Source: Pelomyxa schiedti (taxonomy: Eukaryota > Protista > Evosea). From it: DNA of 34,128 bases. The position numbers were made by a program, and so were the translations under genes. The stretch lies in NCBI GenBank assembly GCA_020536535.1, contig JAHLWZ010000686.1, positions 1-34,128 of the forward strand, given 5' to 3'. The notes under the pieces are model-generated. The model did not search any database. It had not been told where the DNA came from and was given only the letters and a program-made list of their open reading frames with translations. Below are positions 23,550 through 34,128 of the stretch, piece after piece; positions within the stretch are counted from its first letter, which is position 1; every line of letters begins with the position of its first letter.

Positions 23550-25117
23550 TTACAATGAGCTGCTGCTGTACTCATCCTGCAGAGACAACACCACACGCGG
23601 ATATTTGGTGGGTTTCTTTCCTGTGCCTCCTCTGTCATCCCTCGTGTCCCACTCAGAATCATCATCGCCATCGTCGTCGTCATCACCGGGGTCAGATATA
23701 TTCGGGTCCGCTGTGTTGTTATGAATGTGCGGCTTTGTGGTTTCCGGTGGTTTTGATACACGTTCAAGAAGGGGAGTTTCCTCACTCACTTGAAGTGCCG
23801 CTCCAACTGTGGGTGGAATGGAATGTTAGAACGCGGGAAAAAAAAGAGGCACTGCGCACTGAAGAAGAAGTAGGTGTCATGCCGTGTCATTCCATAAACA
23901 AACAGGAATGTAAGAAGCAATTCAGGAACAATCATGCCAAAAAGAACGAAGAGCCACATTACACAATAAATGTGTAATGCAATAGTCAACACCATGATTG
24001 AGCGAAGAAGAAAGCACAAACTGATACAAGCAGGGTAGAGAAGCACCCACAATCTGGTTCTGGTTGGCCATCTTCTTCCCCATAACTTGTATACAAGTCT
24101 GTAACTCAAGAAGAGAAAGACAGATCCAATAAGAAAGAGTAGTGCTCCATGCACCACAGACCCAACTCTAATAACAACGTGATCCATTTGTACAAAAGCG
24201 TAACATTGATCTGTACACTTGAGTTAGTAACGGAAGTACAATGTGAAAATTTACTTGCGAAGATCTCTTTTGTCTTCAAGAGTACACCCCTGGCCATCTC
24301 TTTAAAAGGGGCGCTCCATCTCCAGTCTTTCATAGGAGCCGTGAAAACAATCCAAACAACAATAACAACGTGAAGTGCAAAAGCGCCTAATACACATGCA
24401 TAAAAGAACAGCCTTTTTTGCCTTCCTAGCATTTCATAGTTGGCCACTAAGGGGGAAAAAAAAAAAGGTAAGATCATAAAAAGCAGATGGGAAACACAAC
24501 ATATTTTGTCACTGTAAAGGAGTGTGTCACCTAACTTGGAAAGGGCTCTGATAGTTCCGAACCTTGACAATATAGTTACTTACAACAATGGTGAGGAGGG
24601 CTACTCACCACCAGTAACAAATAGGAACATAGGTGGCAGCAAATAATCCAAGACACATTCTGTTCAAGCTAAAGGCGAGCAACCACCATGATGGGTCGCT
24701 GGATAAAGAAACGACGGTGTGCAAGACAAACAATCCGCACCTCACTTCCTGCAGTGTAAGATTCGACGATATCTAATATAAAAAATATATAAAACCCCCA
24801 GACTACTACATACGCGCCAAAAATACGTCTATCATTACGGCATATAACATCTTGAACTACACTCCCACGTTAGAATGATAATAGTGACCGCCACCAGCCA
24901 CCCACAATCAAGAACAGGGGCATATGGGCATATGGGCATACGGGCATACATTAGGGCCACGCCGCGGTGTGCCACTGCTGCTGCTAGTAGTACCCCCCTC
25001 GCGCCCTCGTCCTCGTCCGCACCCCACAACCGCCGTGGCGTACACGCACCCCACCAGCGCGCTCCCATAAGCCACTACCCCCGTCCACCCCAGCCCCGCT
25101 GTAATCGTAGTTGCCAT
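23550..25117 (-). CDS. Multi-pass (~7 TM) membrane protein, THH1/TOM1/GPR137-like; about 6-7 exons
   Basis: Serial hydrophobic segments in the spliced product (GVVAYGSALVGCVY; MLYAVMIDVFL; LLAFSLNRMCLGLFAATY; FFYACVLGAFALHVVIVVW; GALLFLIGSVFLFLSYRL; ACISLCFLLRSIM; FVLFGMIVPELLLTFLFVYGM). Acidic tail with EETPLL, a [DE]xxxLL-type sorting signal. The family assignment is tentative. Confidence 0.65.
24918..24949. repeat. 8-bp minisatellite (GGGCATAY x4) at the 5' end of an intron of the 7TM gene
   Basis: GGGCATAT GGGCATAT GGGCATAC GGGCATAC. Confidence 0.9.
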
Positions 25118-25437
25118 TGTTGTGTTGCCGCCCGCACGTGCGAACCACGACACTATTCAATGCGGTTCCATTTGTTCCTGCTCCCAACTTAGTCCTCCAC
25201 ATTTGTGATCATCGGCTCTCGAAGAGGTGGCACCTGGACGGGGTCAGTAGGAGCTCCCATGTCTCTCCACCCAGAGGTGCGAGCGGTCCTCCCTCTTTCC
25301 GGTAATGGAGCGTTGTGATTTGTTTGAAATCAAAACTTGGTGGGGAGCCGGGGTAGCTGTACACGTCACACCACCAAAACCCGCAACCCCAACCTCCAAT
25401 TTAATAGTAGCCGTTGATTGGTTGATTGACACCCATA

Positions 25438-28400
25438 ATGGCTGATGAGCGTGCGTTGTGTTCCCTCTCCGTGGTTTTTTGACTAGTTTTTTGGTTTGCC
25501 CACCCATTTCGCCCTGCTTGTTGTAGTTTGTGTTGTTGATGTGGGTTGGCCGACCCATAAATGCAGTATGTGCCGTGGAGCTTGCGTGCCTGAAAACGGA
25601 GAGGGACCGCAGCCGGGCCAAGTCATTTGGGGATAGAATAGGGGCGGCACTGCGTGCGTTTGACAAGGCAGCCGAGTGGGCCGACCTCATCAAATACCTC
25701 CAGGCTCTTCTATCTGTGAGTGTCCTTTTTCTTCCTTCTTAACACTAATTCACCTTTTCTTTTCCCCTGGGGAAACCATACCACATTGAATTTAGGTTCT
25801 GGAGAAGTACAGGAGCGTGCCTGTTGTGCCACTCAAGATGAGTATTTGCAGGCGTGTCAATCAGTGTCTTAATCACCTTCTCCCCGGTGGTGTGCATTCT
25901 AAAGCACTGGAAGTATATGAGCACATGTTTGCAAGAATACATGTATTCAGTGCCATTTTTCCCTCTTTCCTCCTATTTACAGTAAACAGCCAGAAGTTTT
26001 TGCACAAGAAATAGGAATGTACAGCGTAGGAATTTTTGCACTGTTTCCTCCAGCTACTATGACTGTTAAGGTTCGGTTGCAGAAACAATACACTAGCCGT
26101 ACTCATTGCCGTTCAGCCCAAGATCCTAAAGCTTATCGATCAATACTATCTACCTCAGAAGAAATTCCTTATTCCTTGCCTGAAAGGACTGGTGATGTCT
26201 CTTCTCTCTGGCATTGAAGAACAAAGCTCTGAATTTTACCCTCAGGCTACAATGGCCATTTTGTTTGACCCAATTGACTGCCACCTAGGTGCTGCAGATG
26301 CTTGATACCATCCGTCGGGACTCAGATGAAACTGAGTTCTTTCGTGCAGTATGGAAATCCCTGATGCAGGTATTTTCCCCTCCACCCTTTTCCCCTGCCA
26401 CTCAGACTACGTCTAGAATGGCAGCGTGAGGTTTGCTGCCCTGCATTATTTGAAGGAGAGGCTTCCTCCCATATCTGCAGGTAATCAAAACTTTTTTTTC
26501 CCTCAAGTTCTGAGTTCCTCTTCCAGATACAATGTCTTTAATTCCCGATAAGGACACTCTGGTGCTCCAAGCTTTGGTGCAATCTCTGCGGAGTGACAAG
26601 ATTCTGGTGCAGCGTGAGACTCTTGAGCTTATTTGCACTCATTTCAAACTGGATTCACAGTGAGATGATGAATACATTTTTCCCCCCAACCACTTCTTAG
26701 ATTGTTTGTGGAACCCACTTTGCATATCTTGATTGCAGCTGCTCTTCAACTAGTGATACGGCGTGAAGTCTCCCTTAACAGGCGTTTGTACAATTGGTTG
26801 CTTGGTATTGAGAAAGGAGCACAAAGCGACCCGGATTTCTTTGTTAAATATTCCAAAGCATCCACACTTATGGCAATCAAGGTGTCTCAGCCTTTCTTCC
26901 ACATCCTCCATTAAAAATATACCAGGAACTTTTCAATTCATCATTACAAAATCCTACTTCAGAAAGCCAATTGCTGCAACCAATCCGTGTGATTGAATGT
27001 TTGGTTGATAAAGATGAGGTTGGAGCGCACTTCATCAAGCTCTTTTTTAGTTATTGTAGATTGGTGTAGAAATCCTTGATGGAGTCTTGGAAGATGTCCT
27101 GCATTTAATCTTCAACTATCGTGATGCAAATCCTTTCTCACAACAGGTACAAACAAAATTGAGGCACCTTTCCCACCATTTGATAGGTGACAAAAGCAGT
27201 TAGTGCATTCCTGGAATCACTTGAACTGGCAAGACTCTGGAAGTTTTTGTGTCAGTACATACACAGTGACTTGAACAAAGCCGATTCGAAATTCGAGGTT
27301 TTAAGTTCAACTTACAGTTCCCTTGTTCACGGTTTAATTGGCAGAGCATTCCTATTCTTGATTCAATTCTTCAAATTTTATCAAGCAATTCCACTGAGGA
27401 TTTCGTCACGGTAGTCTCTGTTTGTCTTCCACAACTTCTTTTATCAATTTTGACTGGCTTGCCGGTATGATTCCTGCCCTTAGGTTTTTTTTTTTTTGCT
27501 CATACACAAAAAGAATCTACTACAGACAGGGAACTGGATACCACTTCAATCTGCTCTGCAACTGTCACTTAAAATTCTTGGCAAAATTCCTGCCAGAGAA
27601 ATCCAAGTTGAAGCTCCCTTCATTTTGACTCACACTGACTTTTGGTTAGACTGAACAAAATTCCCCTACTCCAAAAGTGAGTACCTCCCCAGGGAACTAC
27701 CCCCACGATATCATGTTCTCTTGTGCACGCGGTTTTGTTCAATTTTTTATTGCATTTTGCAAGCAAGTGGATATTACGCATGCCCATATAACATCACAGC
27801 ATGAAATGGTGTCGATATTTGCCCTATTCACCAATATTTTGCTTGAAATACACTCCCGGTCTTTGCTCCATGTGCGAAACTACTACTAGTTATTTGTGAC
27901 TTATCCAAAATGCGTTAGCACCCTCCCCCTGTGGCCGTTCCTGTAGAGAAGACAAATTCCGGATTAAGTTGCCTCATTCCAGCCCTGAGTCCATTATTGG
28001 AAGCAGATATTAAACAAGAGTTACACCACTTGGAAAGTCAAGATGTGCTTGTGCTTCCCGAAATTGACTCCTGGTTTCAATGTCTAAGTGAATGCTTCTA
28101 TGTACGTTTTAGAATTCTGCAACCACCAGGAAACTTAACATAAACATGCCAAAAAAATAAAATGTGGAAAGTGATAACGATAACATACAAATAGGCTGAA
28201 AGTGGATGTGTTGTTTGTATTGCGGTAAAGACTTTTATTCAGCTCCTCAAAGTTGAAGATTTGGGAGAACACACTTTTTGGAAATCGTTTGCCTCAAACA
28301 CAACTTTAAAAGAGATTGTAAAAAAGGTATCCTTAAAATATTGACACAACTAATTCTATCTTAGCTGTGGAGTTTACTTCATCACTCGTCATCTGAGGTG

Positions 28401-31400
28401 CACTATGAAGGTTTGTACCCATTTTCACTATAAAGGATACTAACGCAAGTTTAGTCGCCGAGATTTTTTTGTCCCTTGAGCTCATCTGTGATCAAGTATG
28501 TGCTTAAAGTTCGTAAGAAAGCGATCTAACAATGTTACTGCTAGCTCATATTTGACTCTTTTTCACAACAAATGTTGGAAGGCTCTATCCAGAGTCGTGT
28601 TGAGGCTTATCAAAGATTTGCTTTGTACATTCTCCCTCTAACGGAAACTGTAACTAACCTCTTCTCAGATTATGGAGACTGACTGGTGAAGTTGGTGCCA
28701 CCCAAGTCTGTGATCATTTTAGTCCAATTCTCTTCCATATGCTGGCCACACTGCATGATGATAACCCAGATATTGTTCTTACTGGAAAAACTTGGCTCGC
28801 TGATTCAATTAATAGAGCAGAAAGGTTTTTTCAAATCCACACACAGCCCCTCTGACACCGGTACAGAATTCTTGATCCTATCATGAGAGTATTGTTGGAT
28901 TTGAGGTAAAGGTGATAATTTGTAAATTGAAAGTGACTCAAGTCTAAAGTACCCTGAGAAAGGAAAATTGTCAGTATGAAGGTACTTACGATACTAAGCA
29001 GGTCCTTTATATGCTGAAACTTCTTAAGGTATAGAAATAATAATCTATGTGTATTTCTTAAAGTGTGCAGGTTATCATTGAATGTGATTTCCGGGTTTTT
29101 ATGGAACATGTTACCAATAAAACCCTAAGCAAAGACATAGCCATTTTGAATGTGAGTCATTCAACTCCAGGTGGTTCTGCTGGGGGGTCTGACTTCCTCT
29201 TCATTCCCACAAATAACTACATTGTATGCTCAAATGCACTAAAAGTTGACGTGCCACTCACCTTCTGTCAGGATTTGATCATTGTAGTCGCAGTCAGGTT
29301 TATTCAGGGAATTGTGCCAGACGAGTCCAACAAGGATTTCCTTGAAGCGAATGCCATCATTCAAACCACTGCCACAGATTTGATTCAATTTATCCTCCTC
29401 AAGGTTGGGTTTGCATCTTTTTAACAGTCCTAATTTGTACTCTAGCTTACAAATCCAGTTTTGGCTAAGAACTTTGCTAATCTACTACAAACCCCGGTTC
29501 TACAAGCTCTAGCACAAGCTGTCAGTGGTTCTAATCTTGTTTTACAAGTTACGTTTCCGTTTTCTTCTTGCTTGCTGATTTCAATGTAAGGTGCACCTAC
29601 TGCTATTGATGCGCACAATAGTTCAACTAGATGCCATGGATGTAACCAATCCTCAGCAGCAGCAAGTGCAGGAACCCGTCAGTGCCTCTCCAATGTTCAT
29701 GCAAACATTGATTGTTGGGCTATTACAACCATCTCACAAGAATGTGCGGTTCTACTGGCTTGAGTTTGTTACAACCTGCCTCCCATATTTATCAACAACA
29801 TCAACAATGATTGTTGGACCAGTGTTACAGTGTTTGTACGCTACTCAAAGGTAGATAAAGCTAACAACACAAACTTCAAGGTGTGACATAGTGTCATCCT
29901 TCAAAACATCAATCTTTGACAGCTTGGCTGTCAAGGATATCTTGATGCTTCTCAAGGCCATTGATACAATCCTGAAATACTCCACGGACAGAATAACAGA
30001 GTCCAATAAAAGGTAGTTCTAGTTCTTATTACAGTTCATTGTAAATGACATGTGCATTTAGTGAAGCTGAGGCCAAAGGTGCCTCACAAGGACTTGGGCC
30101 ATTGGGCTTAGGATTTGGTGCGGCTGTGTTTGGATTCTTTAAAGATGCTGTAAATGTCAGCAGTTCTTTATTTTTTGTGTGCTTCCAATTCCCATAAGAT
30201 TTACAATTTTTAATTTGTTTCAGGGTAGCGAGGCCAAAGTTCGAGTTGCTGTTGGGGCAATGCGTGATATTGTTTTTTCTCTTCTGCCCCTCGTCATGCA
30301 GGCCTTATTTGACATTTATGCAACAACAGAAGTGAAACAAACACAGTTGTTACTGAAGGTACCAAACACTTTATTCCGGTATAACCTCAAACTATTATAG
30401 AGCCCAATTGCTTCTGACCGAGTCCAGAATAAGTATACCATCCAAGACCAAGTAAAACAAAATAAGAGAAAAATACTATGGCATTAATCAGCATTACAGG
30501 TGGAACGAATTATGGAACCTTTATTACAGCAGTATCCAAATGAAGTTGCATCTGCTATACTGTCTCTTCTTGAAAAAGTATCCTCCCTGAATTGTTTGCC
30601 GGCTCACCCTTTTCAGGACTCAAGCCTGAATTCCGTCGTTATAGGGCTACTTAATAGTCTTTCTTTCCCTGTTGATGCCACTGTGACTGCCTTTGGAGCC
30701 GTGGTTATCGGTCTTGCCTCCTCCCGTGCAGCTAAAAAGACCCAAAGTTCCTTGTACATGAGGTTCGTATTTTACTCCTCCCTTAATGATCAATAAGGCG
30801 AGAGGAAATAGCTCTTGCATTCATGAGCCAATACCTGGAGCAGGCTCAACCTGTTGAACAAGTCCTAACATCTTGGCCTCAGGTTCAACCCCATAAGCAT
30901 TGTGCTATCTTATAAAATTACAGGTGGCAACCTTGGTGAGGCAATGTGCTAATCTCTGGTCAATGGAGACCGTCTTACCTCTCATTAAGTAAGTATATTT
31001 CATGGGTTACTTGTCCTTGATAGAATATCATCCAGCCTTGCTCATGTCTTTTTCAATCGGACTGTTGCAACAGAAGATAAGAAGCATGTTCATCCCTCTT
31101 ATAACTCTAGGCGAGAGCGGCAAGACTTGATTCAACGTCTATTTGATGTGGCAATCTCCGCACTTGCAAGCTCTGATCCCCACTTGCTCGCTGAATCCCA
31201 ACAACCAGTCATTACTGGTTTCCCTGGTTTGGGCGTTTTTATGCCCCCTTCAACCGTTGCTTCCATATCTGCTGCTACAAGTAATACAGGCCCCGCTAAC
31301 AGCTCACCAGTAGTAACCCCACGCGGGGGCGAAGCTAAGCCACTGGAAAAAGTTTCAACAGAAGATGGTAGCTCAGACATATCCACTCTACCACAACCTA

Positions 31401-33486
31401 ACTGTACCTCAGTGAAGGATCCCCAGCACTACCAGATATCTGTAGGCATCTTCAAGGCCTTGACTGTCCAACTTTTACCTTTGATGGATTCTTTGTTTGA
31501 TGACAAAGAAAAAGAAAAAGATCCAAAAATCCCTGCCATAATGAACACGCTTCTCCCACCAATAACTGCTCTTGTACACTACAAAGGGTATGTTGCGTCT
31601 TCATTGGGAAGTAAGGTAACATGGTCTAAAGACCTGGAAGCCCTCCCAATGTTGAGGCGGCAGTCAAATTTGTATCAAGTATCTGCCAATACAACTGGGC
31701 AGCAAGGCATTGGAAAAATCTTGTGAATGAGGTCTTCAATGACAATGACTTTTTTGCAGTGGAACCACAGCATCTTTTGCACTGGATGATCCCTGTCAAT
31801 ACACTTGTCGCCCCTGTTTTTACAGAGTTTCTCAGTTATTTTCCCGTCACTTCTTCATTGTTTCCTCACTTGTACACAGAATCACTGATGAAAGTGTTGC
31901 AACCCCCAACTCTACTTACAGCAAGAGAACAGGATATGATCAATAAATCCCGTTGGCTACGGCGGCTTGCATTTGTGCTATTGTCTGCCCCACTTGATCA
32001 TTATTCCAAATATAAAAATCAGATCCGGGAGCAACTTGTTTCTGTTTTAAGGGTAAGCCGGACTTACTTTCACTCTTCTAACACTTATATAGATTCCAAA
32101 TTACACCATGGTTCATTGTCAGGTAACTTATCTGGTTCGGCAGTAACAGTAAACCTTTCCAAGGTGTTCCACTGCCTGCGGGTGATGTTTATCAAATTCT
32201 CTGGAACTCAAGTACAGTACATGTGGCCATTAGCATTGTCGGAGTTAATTGGGACTTTGAGTCGCCAATCCGCTGTGGACGTTGATGCAGAACTAACATT
32301 GGCGGCTTGTAAATTACTTGATTTACTTTTAGTTATGCCAGATTCTGTTTTCATGCAGTATGTACTTACTTTTAGTCTATTTTCTAAACATACGTTTGTA
32401 GACATGAATGGGTTTTCTTGTATGACTGTTTGCACAGTAAGCTCCCTCGTGGAGCCTTTGTACCTCTCATAGAGAGGATGTATACTTATATGCCTGAGAC
32501 CCAAAAGGTGAGAATAGATTTCCGCGTTATATTTTGCCAACTCTGCACAGTCTCCGGTACTGAATTTCGCTCAGCTCGCTGGAACTCGACAGCCTCTACT
32601 TTCATCAGTAACCACACCATTGAATCCACATCCCCTCCCACCCACAACTCAAAACATAGCCAACACACGCCTCCTGCTCCATGACTTCTCTCATGCGGCC
32701 AAGATGAATCAACTTTTCTGCTTCCCCCTTGATGCAGAATATGTGAGCAGATCACTCACAACTGAGCTCTCAACCCTGGAGCAACCAGGTGCCAGCATGT
32801 CTGTTAGCGTACCCGGCCAAGGCAAAATAGGGCAACCACTACAACCAAGCCCTAGTGCTACAACTTGTGCCACCGCAACACCTGTACCATCATCATCCAC
32901 CCCATCCCTCACACCCCCAGTATCACATCCCACAATCGCTGTTCCAAGGACACCCCCACCACCTCACACCGACACAAGTTGCTCACCTCCACCATCTCCA
33001 GCCAAAGTACCTTCCCCAAATCCAATTGTAAGCACAAGCACAAGCACAACAACCATATGTACTACAACTACAGCACCAGTATCACCTCCACCTTCATCAC
33101 CATCACCATCCCCTTCACTGTCACCATCACTTTCACCCACACTACAACCAAGTTCGGCAGTTGATATCACATGCCTTCCAGAGCCGGACTTCTCATCTCT
33201 TGTTCTGCAGGACCCACCCTCACCACCACACAGCCCATCCCCACTAAACACAGATGAGGAAGCCATAATTCCCACACCTCTGAGAGAAGCACCCACCCTC
33301 ACAGAGGAACCAACAACCACAGAACAGCCAAACACCAGGCAAACAACAGAAACACCTGCACATACCACTGATGAGCCACACCCTGATCCTGCAACAACAC
33401 AACCAACAATGGCTGGCACAACGGCTGCTGTAACCATAGTGGCAGCAGCAGAAACCCAACACCCCGATAACAATGACGTGGTATAG
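25438..33486 (+). CDS. DOP1: Dopey/DOP1 family endosome-Golgi trafficking protein; more than 35 introns; Pro/Thr-rich C-terminal extension
   Basis: Dopey_N motifs FDKAAEWADLIKYL, RRVNQCLNHLLPGGVHSKALEVY, ILVQRETLELI and RREVSLNRRLYNWLLG. C-terminal motifs WLRRLAFVLLS, QYMWPLALSEL and AACKLLDLLL. The start MADELCAVE is inferred from ATG 25438 plus an intron. Confidence 0.95.
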
Positions 33487-33591
33487 GACACACCAGCAAC
33501 AATAAACCTGTTCTTCCTGTTGGTAACACCAAATACATTTACAATGCCACAACAAAGGAACAAACGAAAAAAGAGAAAGAGAAAGAGGTAA

Positions 33592-33628
33592 CCACCGAAA
33601 CAGGGGCACCTGTCCCCTGTTTCGGTGG
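33592..33628. repeat. Perfect 15-bp inverted repeat (hairpin) at the head of the tandem array
   Basis: CCACCGAAACAGGGG (33592-33606), a 7-nt loop, then CCCCTGTTTCGGTGG (33614-33628). Confidence 0.9.
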
Positions 33629-34128
33629 AGCAGTTTATTGATTTTGGGATAAAATAAGGGATTTTGTGATAAAATAGGGGCATATTTCCAAAAAAATATG
33701 GAACTTGGTGGACTGGAACCTGAGGCATTCTGTGTCGGGAACGGGGTGCTGAGCGAGTATGCAAATTGGCTTGGGAAGGTCACTCGAAAAAAAAATTGCG
33801 CAAACATGAAGTGACCACAGCGTTTTGCACCTTTTTTTTAAAATTTTTCACAGAATGTGGTTTTTGTGTTTTGCAATGCGCATTTTCTGTGACACACAAC
33901 TCTGGGTAGGGTAGGGACACATAATAGCACACAGCACACAGGGGGCACAGGTGCCCGGTTTCGGTGGAGCAGTTTATCGATTTTGGGATACAATAAGGGA
34001 TTTTGTAATAAAATAGGGGCATATTTCCAAAAAAATATGGAACTTGGTGGACTGGAACCTGAGGCATTCTGTGTCGGGAACGGGGTGCTGAGCGAGTATG
34101 CAAATTGGCTTGGGAAGGTCACTCGAAA
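33601..34128. repeat. 339-bp tandem repeat (about 1.5 units visible, runs off the window end)
   Basis: GTTTCGGTGGAGCAG starts at 33619 and again at 33958. The following ~170 bp are near-identical, with only a few substitutions. Confidence 0.93.

Noticed and set aside
28327-28363. GTATCCTT donor resembling a U12-type intron (also GTATCCTC at ~30578)
   Set aside because: No TCCTTAAC-type branch site and the intron is very short. Such matches are expected by chance among this many degenerate donors.
167-33486. Alternative genetic code, selenocysteine or programmed frameshifts to explain the fragmented ORFs
   Set aside because: Every interruption I traced is resolved by a short GT-AG or GC-AG intron, and TAA, TAG and TGA all serve as true stops.
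33601-34128. Possible CRISPR array, coding ORFs or intact tRNA in the terminal repeat
   Set aside because: Units are long and near-identical with no unique spacers. The minus-strand ORFs have no recognisable motifs and run antisense into the DOP1 tail. No cloverleaf could be formed.

Overview
Eukaryotic protist genomic DNA. It is probably amoebozoan, and the gene style suggests an archamoeba such as Pelomyxa, but that is inference. The window is very gene-dense: 13 intron-rich protein-coding genes, with introns mostly 35-60 nt and intergenic gaps often only ~50-100 bp. In order: ATG16-like (5'-truncated, +), SPCS2 (+), twinfilin (-), UFD1-domain/Zn-finger protein (-), two tandem paralogs of an uncharacterised zinc-ribbon + triple 'GGGA...KDH' repeat protein (+,+), UBC7/UBE2G E2 (-), TKL kinase-Ig-like-RhoGAP-like fusion (+), RING-like protein (-), PHAF1/UPF0183 (-), MINPP1-like histidine acid phosphatase (+), 7TM TOM1/GPR137-like protein (-) and Dopey/DOP1 (+). 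The window ends in a 339-bp tandem repeat headed by a 15-bp hairpin. Gene models were spliced by hand from GT/GC-AG boundaries and frame continuity. The best novelty candidate is the tandem pair at 7859-10613, a bacterial-looking three-fold repeat domain fused to a zinc ribbon and flanked by ubiquitin/ERAD genes. Also notable are a kinase-linked RhoGAP lacking the arginine finger, several GC-AG introns with weak consensus, and ~60-bp divergent gene spacers.
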